A DNA stretch of 39,664 nt from a virus (lineage: Duplodnaviria; Caudoviricetes), in IMG/VR virus record IMGVR_UViG_3300036805_000102, positions 1-39,664 of that record. The stretch is one strand, 5' to 3'. Positions 8,291-17,359 of this stretch are shown here, piece after piece. Below the pieces are notes generated by a model that was not told the DNA's origin, made no database searches, and worked only from the letters and a program-made list of their open reading frames with translations. The first letter of the stretch is position 1. Every line of letters starts with the position of its first letter. Both the position numbers and the translations under genes were made by a program.

Positions 8291-8490
8291 GTTACGACCT
8301 GTGCGCGAAGGAGTGGAACGAGCCGAGCGATGCAGCAGGTTTTGGCAAGCACCATCGCTGCGTTGAACCCGAAGGCCACTTCTTCGCCTGCACCTGCAAG
8401 TGCGGGGCGAGAAGGCTGATTCGCGATGTGCCGTTGCGCAAGTGGGAGCCGAAGCCGGTACGCTCGCGCCGGGATCGGCGTATGTTCTAA
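8287..8490 (+). CDS. small Cys/His-rich protein
   Basis: ATGA overlap, GGAG RBS; C...HRC...H...CTCKC. Confidence 0.55.
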   Translation: MSYDLCAKEWNEPSDAAGFGKHHRCVEPEGHFFACTCKCGARRLIRDVPLRKWEPKPVRSRRDRRMF

Positions 8491-8550
8491 ACCAAGTCGA
8501 AAAATATATTCGACCGTGAGAAGACATTCCACAGAAGACCAAGGCAGTTT

Positions 8551-8580
8551 GGCGGGACCACGCGGTCTCGCCGTTTTTTT
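8551..8580 (+). terminator. intrinsic terminator
   Basis: GGCGGGACC-ACGC-GGTCTCGCC followed by GTTTTTTT. Confidence 0.8.
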
Positions 8581-8597
8581 GTGTTACGCTTTAGCCT

Positions 8598-8686
8598 GTC
8601 TCCTTTGGCGAGGTGGACTCCCGGTTGGGCTTAATCTCTCAACCCTCCATGAAAGGCTTCGGATCGCCTCCGAGGCCTTTTGTGTT
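8598..8686 (+). ncRNA. candidate small RNA (three hairpins, own extended -10 and terminator)
   Basis: TG-T-TACGCT at 8582-8590; hairpins 8598-8618 and 8623-8644; terminator 8652-8680 plus U-rich tail. Confidence 0.4.
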
Positions 8687-8709
8687 TAAGGCTCTTGTCC
8701 TGCGGCGGA

Positions 8710-8727
8710 TGTAGGCTGTAACCTACA
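8710..8727. promoter_or_regulatory. operator copy 4 (TGTAGGCTGTAACCTACA)
   Basis: Perfect dyad 6 bp before terL ATG; overlaps TTGTCC-18-TAACCT. Confidence 0.8.
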
Positions 8728-8733
8728 CGCCAC

Positions 8734-10860
8734 ATGTACTCGCCTACCGTCATTCTGAAGAAGCTGGTTGAATTCGAGCGCCGCAACGGGTGGATGCCCG
8801 AATACCATTCGCTGCAGTGGGTGGAAGAGTTCAAGGCCTACATCGATTCGATCACGCAGATCGACGCCAACTCCCGCAACAGCTATATCGACCTGAACAC
8901 GCGCGTGACCTCGCAGCGCGCGAGCTGGATCAGGCGGATGATCGAGAACGAACAGGTGCTGTGCACGCTCGATTCCTCCTATTGGGAGACGCGCTACGCC
9001 TACATCAGCGACAACAGCGCGACCATCTACAAGTTCGAAAACCGCAAGTCGCAGGAGGTGTTTGACTCGATCATCGCGGACTTCGATGACGAAGAGGTGG
9101 GAATCGAGCTGATGGTGTTGAAGGCGCGCCAGCTCGGCGTGTCCACCAAGGTGGCGCTGAAGTTCCTGCATCGCCTGTTGTTTATGCCGAACACGCAAGC
9201 GGTCATGGCCTCTGTCAATACAGACAAGTCGGAGCTGCTGGGCCGCATGATCGATATTTGTCTGAAGCATCTGCCGTGGTGGCTGATCCCGCGTATGACG
9301 GTGGACCGGATCAAGCTGACCGAGTTCTCAAACGGCTCGGTGCTCGCGGTGCAGTCAGGATCGCAGGCGACAGGCATCGCGCAGGGCTGGACGCCTACGC
9401 TTGTCCACATTTCGGAGATCGGCGACATTCCGAACCCGAAGAAGGTTCTCGAAGAGGGTCTGTTCAAGGCGACCCATGTCACACGAAAGCTGTTCGCGGT
9501 TTACGAAGGGACCGGCAACGGCAATACAGGTTGGCAGGCCGACAAGTGGCGCGCGATCAAAGAAGACTGGCCTGCACGGCGCTCGCGTCTTCGTCCGATC
9601 TTTCTTTCGTGGCCCTGCGCGCCGGATCAGTACCCGGAGCCGGACTGGCTGCGCAAGTTTCCGATACCGGGAGGCTGGAGTCCGCACAAAGAGACGAGGA
9701 AGCATGTGGCGCGCTGCGAAGCCTACATCCGCAATACGGACTATCTGGCGAGGGCCTTCGGGAAGGATTGGAAGATGCCTCGCGATCAGCAGTGGTTCTG
9801 GGAGTTCAACTACGATGAGGCGATCAAGACGCATACGCAGAAGATCTGGCTCTCCCAGATGCCAGCCGATGATTACGAAGCTCTGCAGGGAAAGAACGAC
9901 CCGGTGTTTGACGATGCGGTCATCAACGTTCTGAGCAACGAACGCAGGAAAGAATTTCAGGACTACGCCATTACGGGCGACAGTATCGATGACGGCTTTG
10001 AACCCCCGGAGGACCAGATCGACTACGATGTCGAGCGCATTCGCGTCTATTGGAATTCGCATCGCGGCCAGCGCTACGAGTGGGTGATGGTCCCGTTGAA
10101 GCCCTGCAACGAAGACAATGAGACAGAGACGTTAGGCCGGGTGCGGGTGTGGGAGCCCCCGAAGGAAGGCTACGATTACACCTTCGGCATCGATACCGCC
10201 GATGGTCTCGGCATGCCCGACGAGGATCGCTCCGTGCTCTCGGTGGCGCATAACGTGACGGGAGAGATGTGCGACGAGCAGGTGTGCGAGTTCGTTCACA
10301 ATAAGGTGAATTCGCCGCAGATGGTGGGCTTCGCTGCCTGCCTCGCGGCATGGTACGGCCGAAGGACGAAGGACCCGCGCGGCATCAAGTTCTGTATCGA
10401 GCAGCGCGAGCGGCCGGGGGACGACTGCCAGCTACAGCTCAAGCTGATGGGCTTCAACTATCATCACGACGCGGCGACGCAGTACGACCACAAGCATCCG
10501 CGCGAAGGCCGCAGCGTGATTCAGGGTTTCCGCACGAATGCAGTGACGCGACCGATGATGACGGGGCGCTTTGTAGACGCCATCAACAACGGATGGTACA
10601 AGCCGAATTCAAAGTGGCTGCTCGAAGAGTGCAGGGCATGGGAACGCAAGACACTGGCCAGCGGAAAGACGCGCATGGACCATCAGAGCGGGAAGAAGGA
10701 TGATCGCATTCTGGCTGCGGCGATGAGCTACTTCAGTCGTCATCACTTCGATGTAATGGCGGAGCGCGCGACCAAGCGTTATACGTTGCCGACAGATCGC
10801 AAGCCGCAGCTTGTGACGAGCTGGGTGGAATCGACGCTGGTTGGCGTGGGGGACTGGTAA
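8734..10860 (+). CDS. terL: terminase large subunit
   Basis: Walker A VLKARQLGVST, Walker B LVHISE, coupling motif EGTGNG, nuclease FGIDTA and KKDDRILA. Confidence 0.93.
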   Translation: MYSPTVILKKLVEFERRNGWMPEYHSLQWVEEFKAYIDSITQIDANSRNSYIDLNTRVTSQRASWIRRMIENEQVLCTLDSSYWETRYAYISDNSATIYKFENRKSQEVFDSIIADFDDEEVGIELMVLKARQLGVSTKVALKFLHRLLFMPNTQAVMASVNTDKSELLGRMIDICLKHLPWWLIPRMTVDRIKLTEFSNGSVLAVQSGSQATGIAQGWTPTLVHISEIGDIPNPKKVLEEGLFKATHVTRKLFAVYEGTGNGNTGWQADKWRAIKEDWPARRSRLRPIFLSWPCAPDQYPEPDWLRKFPIPGGWSPHKETRKHVARCEAYIRNTDYLARAFGKDWKMPRDQQWFWEFNYDEAIKTHTQKIWLSQMPADDYEALQGKNDPVFDDAVINVLSNERRKEFQDYAITGDSIDDGFEPPEDQIDYDVERIRVYWNSHRGQRYEWVMVPLKPCNEDNETETLGRVRVWEPPKEGYDYTFGIDTADGLGMPDEDRSVLSVAHNVTGEMCDEQVCEFVHNKVNSPQMVGFAACLAAWYGRRTKDPRGIKFCIEQRERPGDDCQLQLKLMGFNYHHDAATQYDHKHPREGRSVIQGFRTNAVTRPMMTGRFVDAINNGWYKPNSKWLLEECRAWERKTLASGKTRMDHQSGKKDDRILAAAMSYFSRHHFDVMAERATKRYTLPTDRKPQLVTSWVESTLVGVGDW

Positions 10861-10893
10861 GCGGGATTTCCTTGCGACCGGGAGAAAAGGTGA

Positions 10894-10911
10894 TGTAGGC
10901 TGTAGCCAACA
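10894..10911. promoter_or_regulatory. operator copy 5 (TGTAGGCTGTAGCCAACA)
   Basis: 11/12 dyad match; overlaps TTGCGA-18-TAGGCT. Confidence 0.7.
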
Positions 10912-10927
10912 TCGCGGCCCTCCCATT

Positions 10928-11458
10928 ATGACCGAACTTGAGCTTGTAACACCCGCAAAACTCGACCCTCTGCAGATCAATGAGGCCGAGTCAGAGCAAG
11001 TCCCTGCACCAGAACCGGTGCAGGAGATCGTTGCGCCGCGCGGAAACGCGCAGATGGCGACGAAGATTTACTTCTGGCATAACGAGCGCACGCAACACAT
11101 CATGCAGGGCGCGCCTCCGCAGTATGACTCCCTGAAGCCGATGGGCTACCAGACGATTGAGTGCAATCACGCGCACGAGGCGGAGATGTGGAGCGAGCGG
11201 CTACGCAGGCAGGATCAGCGCATCGCCGAGATGACGGACTATGAGCGCGAGCAGATCGAAGGCCCGATGCGCGAGGACCTTCGCAGGCAGATCAAAGGCC
11301 GCCTGCGCGAACTGGAGGCCGGAATCGATACGAAGAATGCACGCCTGAACGCACTGTTTATGAAGCGCGCTCTGCAGATGCTCGATCAGCAGGAGGAGAA
11401 GGCGAAGACCGTTCGACAGAGCTACCTCCATCTGGAGGCGTACGAGCATGGCAAATAG
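10928..11458 (+). CDS. hypothetical protein between terL and portal
   Basis: ATG 10928 after the operator; overlaps portal start. Confidence 0.7.
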   Translation: MTELELVTPAKLDPLQINEAESEQVPAPEPVQEIVAPRGNAQMATKIYFWHNERTQHIMQGAPPQYDSLKPMGYQTIECNHAHEAEMWSERLRRQDQRIAEMTDYEREQIEGPMREDLRRQIKGRLRELEAGIDTKNARLNALFMKRALQMLDQQEEKAKTVRQSYLHLEAYEHGK

Positions 11459-13496
11459 GACCAAGCCATCGTACTGGCAGTGCCCACCGTTCACGGCGTC
11501 TCCAGAGGAGCGCATGGGATGGGTGGAGGAGAACATTCAGGAGGGCGAGGGCTGGCTGCAGGGCCAGAAGTCCTATAAGAACCTGAACACGAACATGCGA
11601 ATCTTCGATTCCGCGTTCAACGACAAGACGAAATCGACGCTCATCACCAATGAGCTGAAGTACGACATTCGCAAGTTTGTAGAGACTCTTTCGGACATGC
11701 GCGAGATCGGGACCTATGGCTCCGACGCTTCGCAGTATAAGCAGTATGCCGAGATGGAGACCCGTCTGGCGAAGGTGGTCTATCTGGAGTCGTGCTTTAC
11801 CGGCCAGCTCCGCAAGACGTTGCAGTACGCGACCGTGATGGGACGCGGCTACAACTGGCCGAAGGTAAAGACATCGAACTATGGCTTTGGCGAGAGGCAG
11901 TTTGTCTTCGAGCCGCTTGGCCTGATGGACGTGATTCCGACACAGGTGCCGTCCTCCAACGACGTACAGGACGCCTATACAAACACGATCTTCGAGTACA
12001 TGCCTCTGGCCGAAGCTCACGCGCGCTTCCCGTTGTATCAGGACGATCTGCGGCCCGTAGACCGCATGCGCTACAACTCGAATGTGCAGAGCCGTCGCGT
12101 GGATCACGCCGAACGGTTCCGCTACGGGTCTGAACCGCGAGACTTTGGCAGCCTGAACTGCGAGATTCGCTACACCTTTATCCGCGACATTTCGATCAAT
12201 CGCTACGGCAAGCCGGTGCCGATGGGGCAGCCGGGGACGAGCTGGTTCTATGTGGTTCCGTTTCTCGGCGAGCCGATCTTTGGCGGCATCCGTAACGGCA
12301 TGCCGGTCTACCGTCCAGCGACCGAAGAAGACTGCATGATCTACCCGTATCTTCGACTCATCATCTCCAGCCGGGGGATGTCGCAGCCGATGTACGACGG
12401 TCCTGCCTTCGACTGGCATGGCCAGATGCCTGCGGTGCAGTACGAGGTGGATGACTGGCCGTGGATGGGCGTGGGCAATTCGCTGGTGGGCGATGTGGGC
12501 TCGATCCAGCAGGCGATTCGCAAGCTGGAGCGGAAGATGGATCAGGTGATCGGCGTCACCCTGAATCCGCCGATGGGCTATGATCGCTCGGCGACAGCAG
12601 GCCCGAAGATTGAACACTTCAATCTGTTCGAAGAGGATGTGCGCGCAGGCGTGGATGGAACGCCGCAGAACGTCTTTCAATCTCTGTTGCCGGAGTCGGT
12701 AAACGTTCGCCAGACCCATTTCGACTGGCTGACGTATCTCAGCGCCAAGATGGGTAAGCAACTCGGGCTGGAGGACGTGGCGAATCTCGCCCTGCTGAAT
12801 GCCAACATCGCCAGCGATACTGCCGACAAGCTGCTGGAGAGCATCGGCCCGGTCGCCAAGGGGATCGCCGCCAACATCGAACGCGCGAACGCGAAGGTGG
12901 CCTACCAGTTGAAATTCATGATTCCGCAGTGGTTCGACACTGCTCGCGTGATCTCCATGATCGGCCCGGACAACATCACCAAAGAGGTGTTCGACTACGA
13001 TCCGCAGTCGCTGATCCCCGGTCATCTGGAAGACGAGATCGTAAACGGCATCATGCCGGAAAACCCTTCGTATTACACCCAGCTCCAGAGGGCGCGCAAG
13101 TTCGCGAAGAACATCCGGCTGACCTCGATTCCAAGCACGCTGCTGAAGGTGACGCAGATGCAGGAGCAGTTGAAGTGGCTGCAGCTCTGGCGCGGTCAGG
13201 CTCCGATTGCGTTTGCCGATGTGGCGAAGAAGATGGACATCGACAACTACGGCGAGGTGGCTGGGGCCACGCTGCGCGAGCGCTTCATCAATGAAAAGAT
13301 GGAGGACCTTCAGTTGCAGGCAGCGGCGGCACAGGAGGCACAGGGACTCGGCCTAGCCGGTCCTCCTCCGCCTGCAGGGCCGACGCCGCAGCAGGGCGGA
13401 GGCAAGGGCAAGCCGGGGCGGCCGCCAAGCGGACAGGCTCCGCCGAAGATTGTGCAGAAGAGCGATGGACGCACCACTGTAACGGAGAGCCGGTAA
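11448..13496 (+). CDS. portal protein
   Basis: 682 aa downstream of terL, GGAGG RBS, coiled segment IQQAIRKLERKMDQ, Pro/Gly-rich tail. Confidence 0.8.
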   Translation: MANRTKPSYWQCPPFTASPEERMGWVEENIQEGEGWLQGQKSYKNLNTNMRIFDSAFNDKTKSTLITNELKYDIRKFVETLSDMREIGTYGSDASQYKQYAEMETRLAKVVYLESCFTGQLRKTLQYATVMGRGYNWPKVKTSNYGFGERQFVFEPLGLMDVIPTQVPSSNDVQDAYTNTIFEYMPLAEAHARFPLYQDDLRPVDRMRYNSNVQSRRVDHAERFRYGSEPRDFGSLNCEIRYTFIRDISINRYGKPVPMGQPGTSWFYVVPFLGEPIFGGIRNGMPVYRPATEEDCMIYPYLRLIISSRGMSQPMYDGPAFDWHGQMPAVQYEVDDWPWMGVGNSLVGDVGSIQQAIRKLERKMDQVIGVTLNPPMGYDRSATAGPKIEHFNLFEEDVRAGVDGTPQNVFQSLLPESVNVRQTHFDWLTYLSAKMGKQLGLEDVANLALLNANIASDTADKLLESIGPVAKGIAANIERANAKVAYQLKFMIPQWFDTARVISMIGPDNITKEVFDYDPQSLIPGHLEDEIVNGIMPENPSYYTQLQRARKFAKNIRLTSIPSTLLKVTQMQEQLKWLQLWRGQAPIAFADVAKKMDIDNYGEVAGATLRERFINEKMEDLQLQAAAAQEAQGLGLAGPPPPAGPTPQQGGGKGKPGRPPSGQAPPKIVQKSDGRTTVTESR

Positions 13497-13772
13497 ATGA
13501 CAGCAGCACCAGCAACGCACATCAGCGATGAAGAGATGATCGTCAGCACGACGGATTACTTCGTGACGGAGAGTGTGCTGAACGCGAGAGCGACTGCAGC
13601 CGATATTGCAACGTTTATTCGCCGCATGAAGACTACGGGCAAGCTGACCTACGAGACGCAGCAGGGAGGCGTGCGCACGGTGGTCGTGATCGAACGAACA
13701 CGTCTTGCCGAGCCTGCAGCAAAGAGCGTTCGCAAGATGATCGGCATGAGCGGAAGCGAAATCGACGCATAA
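13497..13772 (+). CDS. hypothetical protein
   Basis: Abuts portal stop, GGAG RBS. Confidence 0.6.
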   Translation: MTAAPATHISDEEMIVSTTDYFVTESVLNARATAADIATFIRRMKTTGKLTYETQQGGVRTVVVIERTRLAEPAAKSVRKMIGMSGSEIDA

Positions 13773-13776
13773 AACA

Positions 13777-13800
13777 GAATGTAGTTGACAGCCTACATTC
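13777..13800. promoter_or_regulatory. operator copy 6 with extended dyad, containing TTGACA
   Basis: GAATGTAG-TTGACAGC-CTACATTC; -35 consensus at 13785-13790. Confidence 0.75.
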
Positions 13801-13876
13801 GATATGGTGGAGTAACCAAGACGCGATCACTCGCGCAACTGAGATTCAGTCACCCCCATCCCTCGGGACTGTGCCT

Positions 13877-13915
13877 GCCTCAAGAGCTGAAAAGCCCTTG
13901 AGGCTTTTCTATTTT
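13877..13915 (+). terminator. leader terminator/attenuator-like hairpin
   Basis: GCCTCAAG...CTTGAGGC followed by TTTTCTATTTT. Confidence 0.6.
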
Positions 13916-13939
13916 GAGCACAAGAGTCCGGAGGAAGTT

Positions 13940-14071
13940 ATGGCAGGAGCAAAGGGCGTCAAGGTAGTTGGTGGAATCAAGGCCGATGCGTCGGCTCACC
14001 TGATGAAGAAGGGTTCCAAGCGCAAGGGCGCTGAAAAGGCTATCAAGGGCGGCGATAAGAAGTCCAAGTAA
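13940..14071 (+). CDS. very basic 43-aa protein
   Basis: GGAGG RBS; MAGAKGVKVVGG...KKSK. Confidence 0.65.
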   Translation: MAGAKGVKVVGGIKADASAHLMKKGSKRKGAEKAIKGGDKKSK

Positions 14072-14078
14072 TCCGGTA

Positions 14079-14112
14079 GCCGGACGGCATTCGCTGTCCG
14101 GCGTTCCTGTTT
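14079..14112 (+). terminator. stem-loop (weak terminator or mRNA-stabilising hairpin)
   Basis: GCCGGACGGC-ATTC-GCTGTCCGGC then GTTCCTGTTT. Confidence 0.45.
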
Positions 14113-14130
14113 GTACACGCGAGGAAAAAG

Positions 14131-14418
14131 ATGGCCGCAGCTCCAGTTCCCGATCCGTCACAGCAGCCCGGTGGAACATCCACGCAAGGCGCACCCCCAG
14201 ACCCTTCGCAGGGCAGCGGAGCACCTTCGCAGGCTCCAGCGCCTCCGGAACTGATGTTTCTGGCGCGGGTCCAGCAGGCTCTCACGCAATTCGCGCAACA
14301 GTATCCCGCAGCCTCCTCCGGCCTTTCGAAAGCAGCGCAAGGCCTGAACGAAGCGATGAGCGCGATCACGGTTGCACAACCGCAGCAGCAGGCTCCACAG
14401 ATGAGTCCGCCCTACTAG
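14131..14418 (+). CDS. Gln/Pro-rich head-module protein
   Basis: GAGG RBS; low-complexity ends around a helical core. Confidence 0.7.
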   Translation: MAAAPVPDPSQQPGGTSTQGAPPDPSQGSGAPSQAPAPPELMFLARVQQALTQFAQQYPAASSGLSKAAQGLNEAMSAITVAQPQQQAPQMSPPY

Positions 14419-14433
14419 ACAGAGGGAGTCTAA

Positions 14434-15258
14434 ATGCCGACCGTAGCCGAAGTTTTGAAATCCGCAGGAATGACCGACGAGCAGATCGCAGCGATGGATG
14501 CGAAGGCTGTCGAAGGGTTTACGACTGTGCTCTCCAGTGCCGAGCAGGAACGCCTTGCCGCCGAGACCGCGCAGCGTGCAGCCAATGAGCTTTTTGAGAA
14601 GCAGATCACCCCGGCTCTAAACGAGTGGGGAAACAAGGAAGCGAACCTTGTCGCAGAGCGTGATTATTTCAAGCGACTCGCAGAGGGCGCGAAGAACGGT
14701 GGGTTTATCGCTGACGTGCCTCCCTTCCAGCCGAACAATCCGAATCCGCGCGACCCCAACAACGGCCGCTATGTTCCCAACGCCGTCCCCGGATCGCCTG
14801 ACATCTCGCAGTTCCGCACCGAAGTAGGCAATGCGCTCGGGATGGTGGCCGATCTGCAGTGGAACTACCAGAAGCTCTTCGGGAGCGGGATGCCGGATTC
14901 TCCTACATCGCTGGGCGAAGAGGCTGCACGCAATCGCATGAATATCGCCGATTGGGCAGCGCAGAAGTACAAGTTTGACGACCGTCGCAGGCAGCTTGCG
15001 CAGGAAGAGTCACAGAAGCGCGAAGAGGCGATCCGCAAGGAAGAGCGGGAGAAGACCACGCGTGAACTGAGCGAGCGCTACGGCTCGAATCCCAACGTGC
15101 GACAGGGACAGGTTTCACAGTTCTCAGAACTGAAGAAAGGCGTCACGGAAGGAACACGGGTAGACCCGCTGAAGATGACGCCTGCAGAACGCAAGGCGGC
15201 AACGGCTACCTCCATCCGTCGCGATCTCGATACATCAGCAAATTCAACGATTCAGTAG
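14434..15258 (+). CDS. putative capsid scaffolding protein
   Basis: Charged coiled-coil protein immediately upstream of the major capsid gene. Confidence 0.65.
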   Translation: MPTVAEVLKSAGMTDEQIAAMDAKAVEGFTTVLSSAEQERLAAETAQRAANELFEKQITPALNEWGNKEANLVAERDYFKRLAEGAKNGGFIADVPPFQPNNPNPRDPNNGRYVPNAVPGSPDISQFRTEVGNALGMVADLQWNYQKLFGSGMPDSPTSLGEEAARNRMNIADWAAQKYKFDDRRRQLAQEESQKREEAIRKEEREKTTRELSERYGSNPNVRQGQVSQFSELKKGVTEGTRVDPLKMTPAERKAATATSIRRDLDTSANSTIQ

Positions 15259-15273
15259 GAAGGGATAGACACA

Positions 15274-16512
15274 GTGCCAACCCCTAACGATCCGCTTTAC
15301 AACGAAATTGACGCCACGACACTTGAGTCTGTGCGCAAGAACGTGATCTTCAATAACTTCTTCGTGCAGACCGCCTTTCAGGCGAAGCTGAGGGCCGCAG
15401 GTGCGCTCGATCCGTTCCTCGGCGGCTCGGCCATGATGGAGACCTTCATCTACGGCCGCGTACAGGGACAGGCAGTGCGTCCCGGTCAGTCGGTGACCAT
15501 CGTCCGCAACCCGATCAATACAGGGTTCAACTGGCAGGAAAAGGCCTACGTGGCGTGGTTCCCGTATGACGATTGGGAGCTGGACGACGGATCGGGACAG
15601 GGCGGAGTCATCAACTCCGGCGAGGCCCGGATCATCAACCTGTATCAGGTCATCATGGAGAACGCTATCGAAGTGATCGAGACCATGATCGAAATGGACT
15701 CGTATCGCCATGGACAGGCTCCGACCGCAGGCGTGACCGACAACCGCATCCTGAATTCGAACGGCGTGGATGAGGCCTTCAATAACGGCATCGATCCCTC
15801 GCCCTACGGCAACGTGTACCAGTATTACGGCGGCCAGATTCGTAACGGCGTCGTAGGCAAGGCGCTGAACAGCACGCCGCTGTATCTCGGAACCCCGAGC
15901 GGCGGAGTCGGCCAGATCGACTTCAACGCGTTGATGCAGCTCTGGGCGCAGTGCAAGGTGACTGGCGGAGAGCCGGACCTTGGCATCACCAACGTATTCG
16001 GCTTTGTCGCGATTGCGAATGCGCTCGACGCGCAGCGCCGCGACATCTCAAACACGAAGCACGATATTCGCTTCGACGGCCTGAACTTCAACGGCGTAGA
16101 CATCTATGCCAGCCCGTTGGCTCCGTCTTCGCAGGCCCAGAACTACATCCCTCTGGCCGGGCGGAACGGGAGTGCAGGCAACAACACCCTGACGGATGGT
16201 TCGGGCGTGAGCACGCAGCTCTCTCCGTTCACCTCTCCGCAGTTCACGCAGAATGGCGCAAACGTGCCGTTCTCGCCCACGGGCTCCGGAATCCCGTCGA
16301 ACACTCTCATCAATCCCGGCGAGTATCTGCTGTTCTGCCAAGCCAGCGATTTCAAGCTGCGGCCCACGGATAAGAGCGGTTGGAACTTCGGCATCCGCAA
16401 GACCCAGATGCCGAACAACGTCTCGCTGGATGCGGTCATGGTCCGGCTGGGAACCAACCTCTACAACCCGATGCCGCGTCACGGCGCGCTTGCCTACGGC
16501 TTTGGAAAGTAA
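15274..16512 (+). CDS. major capsid protein
   Basis: 412 aa after scaffold; GGEPDLGITN...FDGLNFNGVDIYASP and C-terminal PRHGALAYG pattern typical of HK97-fold capsids; strongly biased codons. Confidence 0.85.
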   Translation: MPTPNDPLYNEIDATTLESVRKNVIFNNFFVQTAFQAKLRAAGALDPFLGGSAMMETFIYGRVQGQAVRPGQSVTIVRNPINTGFNWQEKAYVAWFPYDDWELDDGSGQGGVINSGEARIINLYQVIMENAIEVIETMIEMDSYRHGQAPTAGVTDNRILNSNGVDEAFNNGIDPSPYGNVYQYYGGQIRNGVVGKALNSTPLYLGTPSGGVGQIDFNALMQLWAQCKVTGGEPDLGITNVFGFVAIANALDAQRRDISNTKHDIRFDGLNFNGVDIYASPLAPSSQAQNYIPLAGRNGSAGNNTLTDGSGVSTQLSPFTSPQFTQNGANVPFSPTGSGIPSNTLINPGEYLLFCQASDFKLRPTDKSGWNFGIRKTQMPNNVSLDAVMVRLGTNLYNPMPRHGALAYGFGK

Positions 16513-16521
16513 GGAGCGAAC

Positions 16522-17349
16522 ATGCTGAAGGTTTTTGACTTTCTCCCCACTCCGCTGAACGCTGCGAATGACATTTCGCCGAGCGGCTTCTACAACTCGC
16601 GCACCTACCAGCAGACCAACGCTGGCGGCCTGACGCTTGGCGATGCGGTGGACTTTGACGATGCCGGAGCTGCCAACCAGTCCAATACGGCGACCGGCCT
16701 GCTGTATCAGGGGCGCTACCGGCGCGTGCGTGTCTCCGCGAACGCCACGGCCGCGAACGTGGCCAAGGGCCTCGCTGCCTTTGTGCAGCCCGGTTCTTCC
16801 CTGCTCGGCGCTCTGGTGCTGACCGCAGGAAGCGGACAGGCGGCCGGGGTCTATCAGGTGCTGGGTACGGGCGGAGGCGGTACGGGAGCCATCATCAGCG
16901 TGATCGTTGGCGCTGGTGGCACCGTGACCACGCAGCCTACGGTGGTCGCAGGCGGTGAGGGCTACACCTCGGCACCGACGTTTACTCTGGCGGCCGGTGG
17001 AACCCCTGCAACCTTCCAAGCGCAGATGGCGGAGAACAGCTACATCGTGACCGACTTCGCGACTACGGGAGTGGTTCTGCAGCAACCGCGCGGCATCTTT
17101 CTGAATTCGGTGACTCCGGGCAACTACGGATGGATTCAGGAGGACGGCATCGGCACTGTGCTTTACGCGGCGACCGTGACGGCGAGCACCGTTGGAAATC
17201 TCGTGGCTCCGAAGAGTGCTTCGGCGGGTGCATTTGATTCCACCGTGGCGACCACCTATCTTGTCGGTGCGTTTGGAACCGCCATCGATAAGCCTATCGG
17301 CGCTACCTATGGACGGATCGTGATGAACCTTCCCGTCTGGAACGGATAA
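16522..17349 (+). CDS. putative capsid decoration/cement protein
   Basis: AAGGAG RBS, directly after MCP; GNYGWIQEDG motif; Gly/Ala/Thr-rich. Confidence 0.6.
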   Translation: MLKVFDFLPTPLNAANDISPSGFYNSRTYQQTNAGGLTLGDAVDFDDAGAANQSNTATGLLYQGRYRRVRVSANATAANVAKGLAAFVQPGSSLLGALVLTAGSGQAAGVYQVLGTGGGGTGAIISVIVGAGGTVTTQPTVVAGGEGYTSAPTFTLAAGGTPATFQAQMAENSYIVTDFATTGVVLQQPRGIFLNSVTPGNYGWIQEDGIGTVLYAATVTASTVGNLVAPKSASAGAFDSTVATTYLVGAFGTAIDKPIGATYGRIVMNLPVWNG

Positions 17350-17359
17350 GGAGCGAGCG

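Noticed and set aside
8734-10860. Intein or intron in the long TerL
   Set aside because: No C...HN splice junction or LAGLIDADG motif seen; ORF is continuous
11358-13025. Long minus-strand ORFs (555 aa here; also 16048-17085, 27005-28279, 31635-32573, 32910-33800)
   Set aside because: Antisense shadows of GC-rich, codon-biased plus-strand genes; Arg/His/Leu-rich with no motifs
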